Below are positions 7,806 to 16,400 of a stretch of DNA of 28,861 nucleotides, in pieces; the stretch's first letter is position 1, and each line of letters begins with the position of its first letter. Source of the DNA: an uncultured Myxococcales bacterium (GTDB lineage: Bacteria > Myxococcota_A > Polyangia > Haliangiales > Haliangiaceae); the NCBI GenBank assembly GCA_938004865.1, contig CALKVT010000188.1:1-28861 (forward strand), given 5' to 3'. The notes under the pieces were generated by a model. The model was given only the letters and a program-made list of their open reading frames with translations. It made no database searches and was not told where the DNA came from. A program made the position numbers and the translations under genes.

Positions 7806-8570
7806 TCACGACAGCGCCGTGCCCTCGCGCTCGTGCTCGGCGACGATCGCCCGCGTGAAGCGCCACGTCCCGCCCGCGCCGCGCACCAGCCGAAGCGCCG
7901 CAAGCTCGATGCGGCGGCCGCCGACCTGGCCGGGGAGGTCGTGATCGAGCCGGACGCACGCGACCATGCCCGGCTTGCCCTCCCACGCCGCCACGTCGCG
8001 CGGCAACGCCGGCAGCGCCTCACGCGCGGCGTCGAGCCCCGGCGTCAGCTCGGCCTCGGGCACGCCCCACTCGCCGACCCCGGTCATGCGCGTCATCCAC
8101 TCGAGCACGCGCATGCACTCCTCGTCGGGCAGCGCCGAGAGGATCGCCGGCCCGAGATCGACCGACGGCACGCTCGACGTGTCGGAGAGCGGCGCCAGCG
8201 TGTCGATACCGGCGGCGCGGCGGAACCGGCGCTGCAGCGCGCCCTGCCAGTCCGGATCGTCGAGCATCGGTACGTCGAAGGCGCGCACGCGCTCGAGGTG
8301 CACGGTCGTCTCCGGTCCGCGCACCGGCGGGATCACGAACGGCACGTCGTCGAGCACCGCGAACGCAGCCCAGCGATAGAGGTAGCGCATGGGCCACGCG
8401 CCGACCGCGACCAGGGTGATCGGCGGACGCGCCGGCACCAGGCGCACCAGCTGCGCGGCGACGTCGTACGCCTTGCCGAGCGCGGTGCCGTCGTCGAACA
8501 CCCGCGCCCACAGCTCCTCCCAGCCGCGATCCTTCACCGTGCCGCGCGCACGGCGTCGTTGCAGCACCAT
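7806..8570 (-). CDS. Hypothetical protein (no recognisable domain)
   Basis: ATG start at 8570, and a GTG 18 nt further upstream is also possible. It lies 38 nt after the CxxCH lipoprotein gene and 15 nt before TauE on the same strand. The composition is globular. The long Arg-rich N-terminal extension in the ORF track is an artifact. Confidence 0.5.
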   Translation of the reverse strand: MVLQRRRARGTVKDRGWEELWARVFDDGTALGKAYDVAAQLVRLVPARPPITLVAVGAWPMRYLYRWAAFAVLDDVPFVIPPVRGPETTVHLERVRAFDVPMLDDPDWQGALQRRFRRAAGIDTLAPLSDTSSVPSVDLGPAILSALPDEECMRVLEWMTRMTGVGEWGVPEAELTPGLDAAREALPALPRDVAAWEGKPGMVACVRLDHDLPGQVGGRRIELAALRLVRGAGGTWRFTRAIVAEHEREGTALS

Positions 8571-8608
8571 CTCGGCGAGCGAGGACACCCCGCCGCGATG
8601 GTAGCCGA

Positions 8609-9157
8609 TCAGGGCAGGTGGATGCGGCCGTTGGTCGCCGCCTGGTGGCAGCTGTTGCAGTCGCCGGTCATCGGCGTCGCCATCATCAGGCGCGTGTCGG
8701 GGCACCGGCTCGCCTTCACGCGCAGCGGCATGGCGAGCGCCTGCCCGGTGTAGAAGTTGCCGTTCGACGCCGTCACCAGCCGGACCGTCACGTCGTTGGC
8801 GTCGGTGACCGTGACGGTCGCGCCGGCGATCGGCGTGCCGCCCTGCGAGCTCGCGTAGAGGGTGCCGGCCACGGTCCAGCGCGGCGCCACGCCGCTGCCG
8901 TTGTGGCAGCCCAGACAGACGAGGCCGGCGTTGTGGTTGCCGCTGGGCAGCATCGACGACACCTCGTCGCACGATCCGTCGCCGCCGCCGCCCCCGCCGT
9001 TCCCGGCGGCGTCCGTCCCGCCGCCGCCGCCGGCCGCGTCGACGCCACCACCGCCGCCCGGATCGTCCGATCCCTCCACGGCGCAGGCGGCCACGAGCGG
9101 GCAGACGAAGGCGACGGCGAAGATCGATGTCAGGCGCATGGGCGAGGTGTTTCGCAA
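8609..9157 (-). CDS. Lipoprotein with two CxxCH heme-c binding motifs flanking a CarboxypepD_reg-like beta-sandwich (putative dihaem c-type cytochrome)
   Basis: The lipoprotein signal is MRLTSIFAVAFVCPLVAAC. A Gly-rich linker follows (GGGGGVDAAGGGGGTDAAGNGGGGGG). The heme motifs are CLGCH and CNSCH. Between them sits GTPIAGATVTVTDANDVTVRLVTASNGNFY, which resembles a carboxypeptidase regulatory-like domain. Confidence 0.6.
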   Translation of the reverse strand: MRNTSPMRLTSIFAVAFVCPLVAACAVEGSDDPGGGGGVDAAGGGGGTDAAGNGGGGGGDGSCDEVSSMLPSGNHNAGLVCLGCHNGSGVAPRWTVAGTLYASSQGGTPIAGATVTVTDANDVTVRLVTASNGNFYTGQALAMPLRVKASRCPDTRLMMATPMTGDCNSCHQAATNGRIHLP

Positions 9158-9288
9158 GCGTCGTGCCCCCTGGGAGTCCCAGGCGATTCCGGGTGATCCA
9201 CCCGCTCCCGCGCGCGGCTGTCGGTCGCCACCGACAGTCCCGTGGGGCAGGGGTCACCACGCCCCGGCCGGGAGCTAAGCTGCGACGC

Positions 9289-9957
9289 ATGGGGATGGCC
9301 CGCGATAGCTACCTGGTTGCCCGCGCCGTCGTGCGCGTGCTCGGCGACTCGACGATGACGCACGAGATCCACCGGGTCGAGGAGATCACGGGGCGCCCGG
9401 CGTACCGACGCCTGCTCGCCGAGCTGCGCGACGATCCCGACGGCCAGCGCCTCCTGCGCGAGCAGCCGGAGCTGTCGAGCGAGCTCGTCGACTACGACGC
9501 GCTCCGGCGGATGCCGGAGACGACGCTCGGCGGCGCCTACGTACGCCACCTCGACGGCAACGCCATCACCGCCGACTACCAGGCGGCGCGCACGCGCCAC
9601 GTCGACGATCCGGACATGGCGTACCTCATGCGCCGCTTCCGCCAGACCCACGACGTGTGGCACGCGCTCCTCGGGCTCGGCATCACCGGGCACGAGGAGG
9701 TCGTCATCCACGCCTTCTCGTGGGGACAGATGCGGCTGCCGGTCTCGGCGATGGTCGTCGCGTTCGGCTCGATGAAGCACATCGTCCTCGAGAAGCGCTG
9801 GGGCACGCTGCGCCACTCGCTACGCGAGGCGTACGAGGCCGGACGCGACGCCGCGCCGCTCATCAAGGTGGTGTGGGAGGACCTCTGGGCCGAGCCCATC
9901 GACCGTGTGCGCGCGCGCTACCACGTGCGCACGCTCGAACGCCGCTGGCTCGACTGA
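9289..9957 (+). CDS. Coq4 family protein (ubiquinone biosynthesis COQ4 homologue)
   Basis: The Coq4 zinc-ligand motif HDxxH-x11-E is present as HDVWHALLGLGITGHEE. The size is about 220 aa. ATG at 9289, and ATG at 9295 is an alternative start. Confidence 0.7.
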   Translation: MGMARDSYLVARAVVRVLGDSTMTHEIHRVEEITGRPAYRRLLAELRDDPDGQRLLREQPELSSELVDYDALRRMPETTLGGAYVRHLDGNAITADYQAARTRHVDDPDMAYLMRRFRQTHDVWHALLGLGITGHEEVVIHAFSWGQMRLPVSAMVVAFGSMKHIVLEKRWGTLRHSLREAYEAGRDAAPLIKVVWEDLWAEPIDRVRARYHVRTLERRWLD

Positions 9958-10028
9958 CCCCACGGACAGGTGGCCCGCGCCGGGATCTCGGCGTATGGTG
10001 CCCGGAATCAGCGAAAGCAGGTCACTAC

Positions 10029-10445
10029 ATGTCCACCGTGGAGATCAACCTGGAGAACTTCCAGGAGACCATCGAGAAGAGCGGCATCGTGCTCCTCGAC
10101 TTCTGGGCCGAGTGGTGCGGTCCGTGCAAGATGTTCGCGCCCGTCTTCGAGGAAGCGTCGGCCAAGTACGGCGACGTCACCTTCGGCAAGATCGACACGG
10201 AGGCGCAGCAGGAGCTGGCCGCGATGGCCAACATCCAGGCGATCCCCACGTTGATGCTGTTCCGCGACGGCGTCCTCCTCTTCCGCGAGAGCGGCGCCCT
10301 GCCGGCGGCCGCGCTCGATCAGCTCGTGTCGAAGGCCAAGGAGCTCGACATGGAGCAGGTGAAGAAGGAGATCGCGGCCCACGAGGCGGCGCACGAGCAC
10401 GGCCCGGGCTGCAACCACGATCACGACCACGACCACGAGCACTGA
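10029..10445 (+). CDS. Thioredoxin with a C-terminal His-rich tail
   Basis: The WCGPC active site sits in a classic thioredoxin fold sequence (VLLDFWAEWCGPCKMFAPVFEE...IPTLMLF). The C-terminus is HEAAHEHGPGCNHDHDHDHEH. There is an SD-like aaagcagg upstream of the ATG. Confidence 0.9.
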   Translation: MSTVEINLENFQETIEKSGIVLLDFWAEWCGPCKMFAPVFEEASAKYGDVTFGKIDTEAQQELAAMANIQAIPTLMLFRDGVLLFRESGALPAAALDQLVSKAKELDMEQVKKEIAAHEAAHEHGPGCNHDHDHDHEH

Positions 10446-10487
10446 CGCGGTCGCTTACACGACCCTTGCAAAACGCGGTGGCCCGGC

Positions 10488-11462
10488 GTGTCATCTCTCC
10501 CGGAGATGCTGCGTTGCGCCTGCTCGATCGTGATCCTCGCGTGCGCGTGCTCCGGCCGCGGCAACGAGTCGCCGGTGCGTGATCCGGCGCCGCCCGTCGT
10601 GGCGGCGGCGCCGTCGTCGCCGGGTGAGCGGCCGGCGATCTCGAACCCGGAGCCAGCCGAGGTGGCCGCTCGCCAGCGCGCGTACGACGCGCACGTCGCC
10701 GCGCTGCGCGAGCGCCTCGCCGCCGCCGATCACGGCGACCTCGCCATTCGCGTCGAGGAGCCGTTCGTCGTGCTCGGCGACGACGGCGACGCCGCGCTCG
10801 AGCGGCGCGCGCGCACCGTGCGCTGGGCCGTCGAGCACCTCGAGCGCGACTTCTTCGAGCGCCGCCCGGCGCGCATCCTCGACGTGTACCTGTTCGGCAA
10901 CGCGCGCTCGTACCAGCGCGGCGTGCGCGCGCTGACCGGCAGCGCGCCGACGACGCCGTACGGCTTCTATTCGAGCGAGCACGGTGGCCTGTTCATGAAC
11001 ATCGCGACCGGCGGTGGCACGCTGGTCCACGAGATCGTGCATCCGTACGTCGAGGCCGACTTCCCCGAGGCGCCGGCGTGGCTGAACGAAGGGCTCGGCT
11101 CGCTCTTCGAGCAGAGCTCCGAGCGCGGCGGCCACATCGTCGGCGAGACCAACTGGCGGCTGGCCGGTCTCCAGGACGCGATCCGAGAGGGCACGGTGCC
11201 GTCGTTCCGCGCGCTCACGAAGATGGACGAGCACGCCTTCTACGTGAAGGACCGCGGCACCAACTACGCGCAGGCCCGCTACCTCCTCTACTACCTGCAG
11301 GAGGAGGGCAAGCTCCGCGACTTCTACCGCGCGTTCCGCGCCGCGCGCGCGACCGATCCGACCGGCTACGACACGCTCGTCGCCGCCCTCGGCGAGCGCG
11401 ACATGGCCGCCTTCCAGCGCCGCTGGGAGGCCTGGGTGTTGACGCTCCGCTTCGACGGCTGA
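10488..11462 (+). CDS. Putative zinc metallopeptidase lipoprotein (HExxH...E, gluzincin/MA-clan-like)
   Basis: The signal/lipobox is MLRCACSIVILACAC. The HEIVH motif is followed 18 residues later by WLNEGLGSLFE, which resembles the M1/MA-clan third zinc-ligand motif WLNEGFA. ATG at 10506 is an alternative start. Confidence 0.7.
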   Translation: MSSLPEMLRCACSIVILACACSGRGNESPVRDPAPPVVAAAPSSPGERPAISNPEPAEVAARQRAYDAHVAALRERLAAADHGDLAIRVEEPFVVLGDDGDAALERRARTVRWAVEHLERDFFERRPARILDVYLFGNARSYQRGVRALTGSAPTTPYGFYSSEHGGLFMNIATGGGTLVHEIVHPYVEADFPEAPAWLNEGLGSLFEQSSERGGHIVGETNWRLAGLQDAIREGTVPSFRALTKMDEHAFYVKDRGTNYAQARYLLYYLQEEGKLRDFYRAFRAARATDPTGYDTLVAALGERDMAAFQRRWEAWVLTLRFDG

Positions 11463-11466
11463 GCGC

Positions 11467-11487
11467 GCGCTCGCCGAGCGCGAGCGC
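11467..11487. terminator. GC-rich hairpin (8-bp stem GCGCTCGC/GCGAGCGC, 5-nt loop) immediately after the metallopeptidase stop; possible intrinsic terminator without a U-tract
   Basis: A perfect inverted repeat starts 5 nt after the TGA at 11460-11462. There is no T-tract, which is common in high-GC genomes. Confidence 0.25.
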
Positions 11488-11537
11488 ACACTTGGCAATC
11501 CGGCCGGTGGTGGGAGACTTCCCCGGGAGGAGGCTCT

Positions 11538-11972
11538 ATGGACATCGCGGTCGCCAAGATCCTGGAGACGAAGGGAAGCGAGGTCGAGGTGACGACGCCG
11601 GAAACCACGGTCGTCGCCGCCGTCGAGCAGATGAACCGCCGCAACATCGGCGCGCTCGTGGTCGTGGACGGTGAGCGATCCATCGGCATCTTCACCGAGC
11701 GTGACGTGCTCACCCGCGTCGTCGGCAAGGGGCGCGATCCGGGACGCACCCCGGTGGGCGAGGTGATGACGCGCCAGGTGGTCTCGATCGAGCCTGACAT
11801 GCTCGTGCGCGACGCGATGTGCGTGATCACCGAGAAGCGCTGCCGTCACCTGCCGGTCATGTCCGACGGCCGCCTCCTCGGGATGATCTCCTCCGGCGAT
11901 CTCACGCGGTGGACGGTCCGCGATCAGCAGCGAACGATCGAAGAGCTGGTCGACTACGTCCAGCGTTCCTGA
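11538..11972 (+). CDS. CBS-domain pair protein
   Basis: Two CBS motifs are present (IGALVVVDGERSIGIFTERDVL and HLPVMSDGRLLGMISSGDL). A strong SD (gggaggagg) lies 6 nt upstream of the ATG. Confidence 0.85.
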   Translation: MDIAVAKILETKGSEVEVTTPETTVVAAVEQMNRRNIGALVVVDGERSIGIFTERDVLTRVVGKGRDPGRTPVGEVMTRQVVSIEPDMLVRDAMCVITEKRCRHLPVMSDGRLLGMISSGDLTRWTVRDQQRTIEELVDYVQRS

Positions 11973-12057
11973 CGCCGCAGCATGTCAGCCGCGGTCTGTG
12001 AGCTGCGGTGATGAGGCGACGCCATCGCCGCGCTCCAAGCTCGGCTACCGTGCGCGC

Positions 12058-12594
12058 ATGAGCCGAGTTGTCGCCGCGATCGCCCTCGCAGCCGTCCTCG
12101 CCTTCGCGGGCGCCGCCCGCGCCGACGCGCCGGGCGAGACGCCGCCGCGGCCGCCCGCACCCAGGCGCGTGTCGACCGCGTACCTGGTCACGCTGGCCGC
12201 GACCTCGGCGCCGCTCGCCATCGGCGCGCTCGGCGAGAGCTGCGGGAACGACGCGTGCGCGGGCACCGCCGGCGTGATCGCCGCCGCCGGCATGGTGCTC
12301 GGGCCGTCCGCTGGCCACTGGTATGCCGGCGAGGGCGTCACCACCGGCCTCGTCCTGCGCGGTGCCGCGGCGACCTCGGTCGTCTTCCTCGCGCTCCGCG
12401 ATCCCCACCTCGAATCGCCGGTGCTCACGATCGGCGGCCTCATCGCGGCGGTCGGCGTCTGGGAGACCGGGGTCATCTGGGACCTGGTCACGCTGCCGCG
12501 TGCCGTCCGCCGTCACAACCGGAACGTCGAGCTGCTCCTTGCACCCGTCGTCACCGACCGCTCCGCCGGCCTTGCGATCTCCGGCGCCTGGTAG
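12058..12594 (+). CDS. Hypothetical secreted or membrane protein
   Basis: ATG start. The signal peptide is MSRVVAAIALAAVLAFAGAARA. Several hydrophobic segments follow. There is a CGNDAC motif. GC3 is high in this frame. Confidence 0.5.
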   Translation: MSRVVAAIALAAVLAFAGAARADAPGETPPRPPAPRRVSTAYLVTLAATSAPLAIGALGESCGNDACAGTAGVIAAAGMVLGPSAGHWYAGEGVTTGLVLRGAAATSVVFLALRDPHLESPVLTIGGLIAAVGVWETGVIWDLVTLPRAVRRHNRNVELLLAPVVTDRSAGLAISGAW

Positions 12595-12597
12595 CGG

Positions 12598-13407
12598 CTA
12601 CGGACCCAGCGGCGTCCACGTCGCGTCGAGCCAGGCGCGCAGGGCCGACATGTCGGCGGGCACGGGCGCCTCGATCGCCAGCTCGCCGCCATCGGGGCGG
12701 GTGAGCGCGAGGCCGGCGGCGTGCAGCGCCAGGCGCGCGCACGGAGCGCCGTCGAGCATGCCGCGCAGGGTGCGCTTGCCGTACAACGGGTCGCCCAGGA
12801 TCGGGGCCTCGAGGCTGCGCAGGTGGACGCGGATCTGATGATGGCGCCCGGTCCGCGGCCGCGCCTCGACCAGGGTGACGGCGTCGGCGCCGCGGGACCA
12901 GCGGGCGACAGACGTGAGGTCCGTGACAGATGGCTTGCCGCCCTCGCCGGGTCCGGCCGGTCGCGCCTTGCCGCGGCGCGCTTCCATCAGGGGGACGTCG
13001 ACGGTACGTGTGCCCGGGAGGTCGCCGGCCGCGAACGCCAGGTACCGCTTGTGGACGCGGCGCTCGGCGAAGGCGTCGTTGAGCCAGCGGTGGGCCGCCG
13101 CTGAACGGGCGAGCACCACCACGCCGGACGTGTCCTTGTCGATGCGGTGCACCACCCACAAGGGCTCGCCGCGCGCGGCCTCGAGCCGGTGACGCAGGGC
13201 CGCCTGCGCCACACCGTCACGCTCGGGAATCACCGCGATGCCCGACGGCTTGTCGACGGCCACGAGGTCGTCGTCTTCGAACAGGATCTGTGCGTCCAAG
13301 GGCGCTTGTCTCGCGGTCGGGATGATACGATGACGACGTATCGCAGGGGTTCGCCCGGGCTCGCACCTCGACGGGGAGGTGCCGGCTGACGGGCTCGAGT
13401 ACCTCAC
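12598..13407 (-). CDS. RluA-family pseudouridine synthase
   Basis: The catalytic motif HRIDKDTSGVVVLA is present. GRHHQIRVHL is present. The N-terminal ILFEDDDLVAVDKPSGIAV is typical of the family. The maximal ORF starts at GTG 13407, and the true start may be the internal TTG at 13299. It is convergent with the upstream gene, with a 3-nt gap. Confidence 0.85.
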   Translation of the reverse strand: MRYSSPSAGTSPSRCEPGRTPAIRRHRIIPTARQAPLDAQILFEDDDLVAVDKPSGIAVIPERDGVAQAALRHRLEAARGEPLWVVHRIDKDTSGVVVLARSAAAHRWLNDAFAERRVHKRYLAFAAGDLPGTRTVDVPLMEARRGKARPAGPGEGGKPSVTDLTSVARWSRGADAVTLVEARPRTGRHHQIRVHLRSLEAPILGDPLYGKRTLRGMLDGAPCARLALHAAGLALTRPDGGELAIEAPVPADMSALRAWLDATWTPLGP

Positions 13408-13415
13408 GAGGGATC

Positions 13416-16400
13416 ATGGCCAAGAAGAACGCCAAGAGCGCGAAGAGCGACTTCGAGACCGCCGCCGCCAACATCACGAGCGCACCGCATTCCACCGCGG
13501 CCTGGGACGAGATCGAGGAGCTCGCGCGCGAGCACGACAAGCCCGACGAGGTCATCACCCTCTACAACGAGATCCTGAAGAAGGGGCTCGACCCGCAGGT
13601 CGTCGAGATGATCGGCGACCGCGCCGGCGCCTTCTGTGACGAGTGGTTCGGCGACGAGCCCAAGGTCGCCGAGGGCATCCTGGGCAAGGTCCTCGAGCTG
13701 GCGCCGCAGTCGGAGTCGGCGCTGGGCCGGCTGTCGGTGCTCTACACCCAGAACGAGCGCTGGGCCGACCTCCTGCGGCTCTACGACCGCGCGCTCACCG
13801 CGGTGAAGGATCAGGGGCGGCGCATCAAGCTGCTCCGCGAGGCGGCGCAGATCGCCAAGGACGTCGCCAACCAGCCCGAGAAGGCGATCGGGTACCTGCA
13901 GCGCCTGCTCCCGCTCACCGCCGACGACGTGCAGCTCGGGCAGTCGCTGGAGCGCCTGCTCGAGCGCTACGAGCGCTGGGCCGATCTGATCGAGCTGTGG
14001 GAGGGCCGGCTCGATCGCCAGAGCAAGCTCGAGCGCGAGAAGAGCCGGGCGCGCATCTCGGCCTGCTACCTGGACAACCTGCAGGACTCGGCCAAGGCGC
14101 TGGCGGCGGTGCGCCCGCTCCTCGCCGTCGCCGACGATGACAGGGAAGCGACCGCGCTGCTCGAGCGCATCATCGAGGCCCAGCACACCCAGGAGAAGGA
14201 CCGCGAGGCCGCGCTCGACGTCCTGCGCGCGCACTACGACGCCACCAGCCGTCCGCGCGAGGTGATCCGCGTGCTCGAGCGCGTGATCGAGCTGTTCCCG
14301 GACTCGCGCAAGGCGCTGCGCGAGGAGGCCGGCGCGCGACTCGCCGAGCTCGACGACGACCGCGCCGCCATGGACCACTACGCCGAGCTCCTCGCGCTGT
14401 CGCCGGAGTCGTCGGTGACGCAGGAGAAGCTGCGCCAGCTCGCGCAGCGCTCGAACAACTTCGCGCGCTACGCCCAGGGCGTCGCCGCCGCGGCCGAGCA
14501 CGCGATCATGCCCGGGCGCAAGGTCGAGCTCCTCTCGGAGGCCGCGCGCACCAAGCTCGATCTGCTCGACGACGCCAACGGCGCGATCGAGCTCTACCAG
14601 CGCGCGCTCGAGCTGCCCGGTGCGGGCGCGAAGGAGCAGCTCCCGGTGTGCCGGCGGCTCTCCGAGCTGTACCTGCGCGTCGACCGGCCGCGCGAGCGGT
14701 TCGCCATCCTCGAGCGCCTGGCCGGGCTCGAGCCCGCCGACGCCACCCGCCGCGCCGTCATCGGCGAGGCCGCGCGCCTGGCGGAGACCCTGGGCGAGAC
14801 CGACAAGGCGCTCTCGCTGTGGCGGCAGCGCATCGAGCGCGATCCCGACGATCTCGCCGCGATCGACTCGTCGATCCTCCTGCTCGAGACGTCGCAGCGC
14901 TGGCCGGAGCTGGTCGCCGCGCTCGACATGCGCTCGCAGAAGAACGTGTCGACGGCGCAGAGGCGCACCGACCTCACGCGGATCGCGGTCGTGTACCGCG
15001 ACCACATCAAGGACGCCGAGAAGGCGATCGCCGCGTGGCAGCGGGTGCAGCAGGCGTTCGGCGACGACGCCGAGACGGTCGGCGCGCTGACCGAGCTGCT
15101 CTCCGAGGTCTCGCGCTGGAGCGAGCTCGCCGAGCTGCTCGAGCGGGCGAGCGGCAAGGACGTGGCGCGCACGACGCGGCGGCTCAACAAGCTCGGCGAG
15201 GCGCTGGGCACGCACCTCGGCGAGCCGGGGCGCGCGCTGACCGCGTATCGCGCGGCGCTCGCGATCGATCCGGTGAACGACGAGGCCCGCGCCGGCCTGC
15301 TCACGCTGCTCGATTCGCCGGCGCACCGCCGCGCCGCCGCCGACGCGCTCGCGGTGAGCTACCGCGAGAACCAGGACTGGGCCGGCTTCCTCAAGCTCCT
15401 CCCGTCGCGCCTCGCCGACGCGCCCGACGACCGCACCCGGCTCGCGCTGCTGCGCGAGGCCGCGTACATCCAGCTCAACAACACCGGCGATCCGGCCGGC
15501 GCGCTCGACAGCCTGGCGCGCGCGTTCCCGCTCGCGCCGCGCGACGGCGTGATGGAGGGACAGATCCTCGATCTCGCGCAGCAGACCGGCAAGCTGCCGG
15601 TGGCCGATCAGGCGCTCGCCGCGGCCATCGACGCGCTCGCCGAGGATCCGGCCGAGCAGTCGCGGCTGCGCCTGGTGCGCGCCGAGCTGCTCGAGAAGAA
15701 GATCGGCGACGAGGCCGGCGCCCTGGCCGAGTACCTGATCGTCTTCCGCCGCGATCACGCGAACACCACCGCCGCGACCGGCGTCGTGTGGCTGGCCCCC
15801 AGGAAGGGGCAGTGGGCCGACGCGGCGCAGGCGGTGCTCGGCTTCGCTGCCGCCAAGGAGCGGCTCGACGACGGGCTCTTCGGTCACTACGCCAAGGCCG
15901 GCGAGGAGGCGCTCGAGGCGGCGGTGACCGCGCTCGAGGAGGCCGCGCCCAAGGCCGGGCTCCCGCCCGCGGTCGCGGCGCAGGTGTGGTCGCTCATCGG
16001 CGTGTGGCAGCGCGATCGCCGCGGCGACAAGGCCGCCGCGGTCACCGCCTTCAACAAGTCGCTCACCGCCGGCGGTGATCGCGCGGACACCTTGCGCGCC
16101 GTCGCCGAGCTCTTGCGGCCCGGGGGGCCGAGCGCGTCGCTCCTCGACGTCCTGCGCCGGCTATCCGATGCCGATCCGCGTGATCTCGACGTGCTCGTCG
16201 AGGCCGCGGACACCGCGAGCCGTCAGGGGGATCGCGACGCCTCGGTCACGATCCTCGGCCAGGTGCTCGGCCGCGCCACCGGCGCGTGGCGCGGGTCGTC
16301 GTCGGTCCAGTCGTCGCGCCCACCGGAGGCGGTCGTGCGCTGGGCGATCGACGGGCTCGTCGATCTCCACCGCTCCGCCGGCCGGCCCCGCGTCGCCGTC

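Noticed and set aside
6238-7944. 568-aa plus ORF in an alternative frame over the kinase 3' half and the TauE gene
   Set aside because: It has extreme Arg/Gly/Ser/Pro composition and is a frame-shifted shadow of real genes.
7050-8753. 567-aa plus-strand ORF across the TauE and hypothetical genes
   Set aside because: Its translation is Arg/Glu/His/Asp-rich and low-complexity. It is antisense to well-supported membrane and globular proteins.
9657-10028. Upstream extension of the thioredoxin ORF (262-aa version)
   Set aside because: The extension overlaps the Coq4 gene in another frame and is Arg-rich. The thioredoxin fold starts at the ATG at 10029, which has an SD-like sequence.
10491-11849. 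452-aa minus ORF antisense to the metallopeptidase and CBS genes
   Set aside because: It has low-complexity Arg/Ala/Val composition with no motifs. The plus-strand genes have recognisable domains and an SD.
13404-15887. 827-aa minus-strand ORF antisense to the giant TPR gene
   Set aside because: It is a shadow ORF typical of >70% GC DNA. Its translation is low-complexity and rich in Arg, Leu, Glu and Gly. The plus frame has the coding-like GC3 pattern and real TPR motifs.
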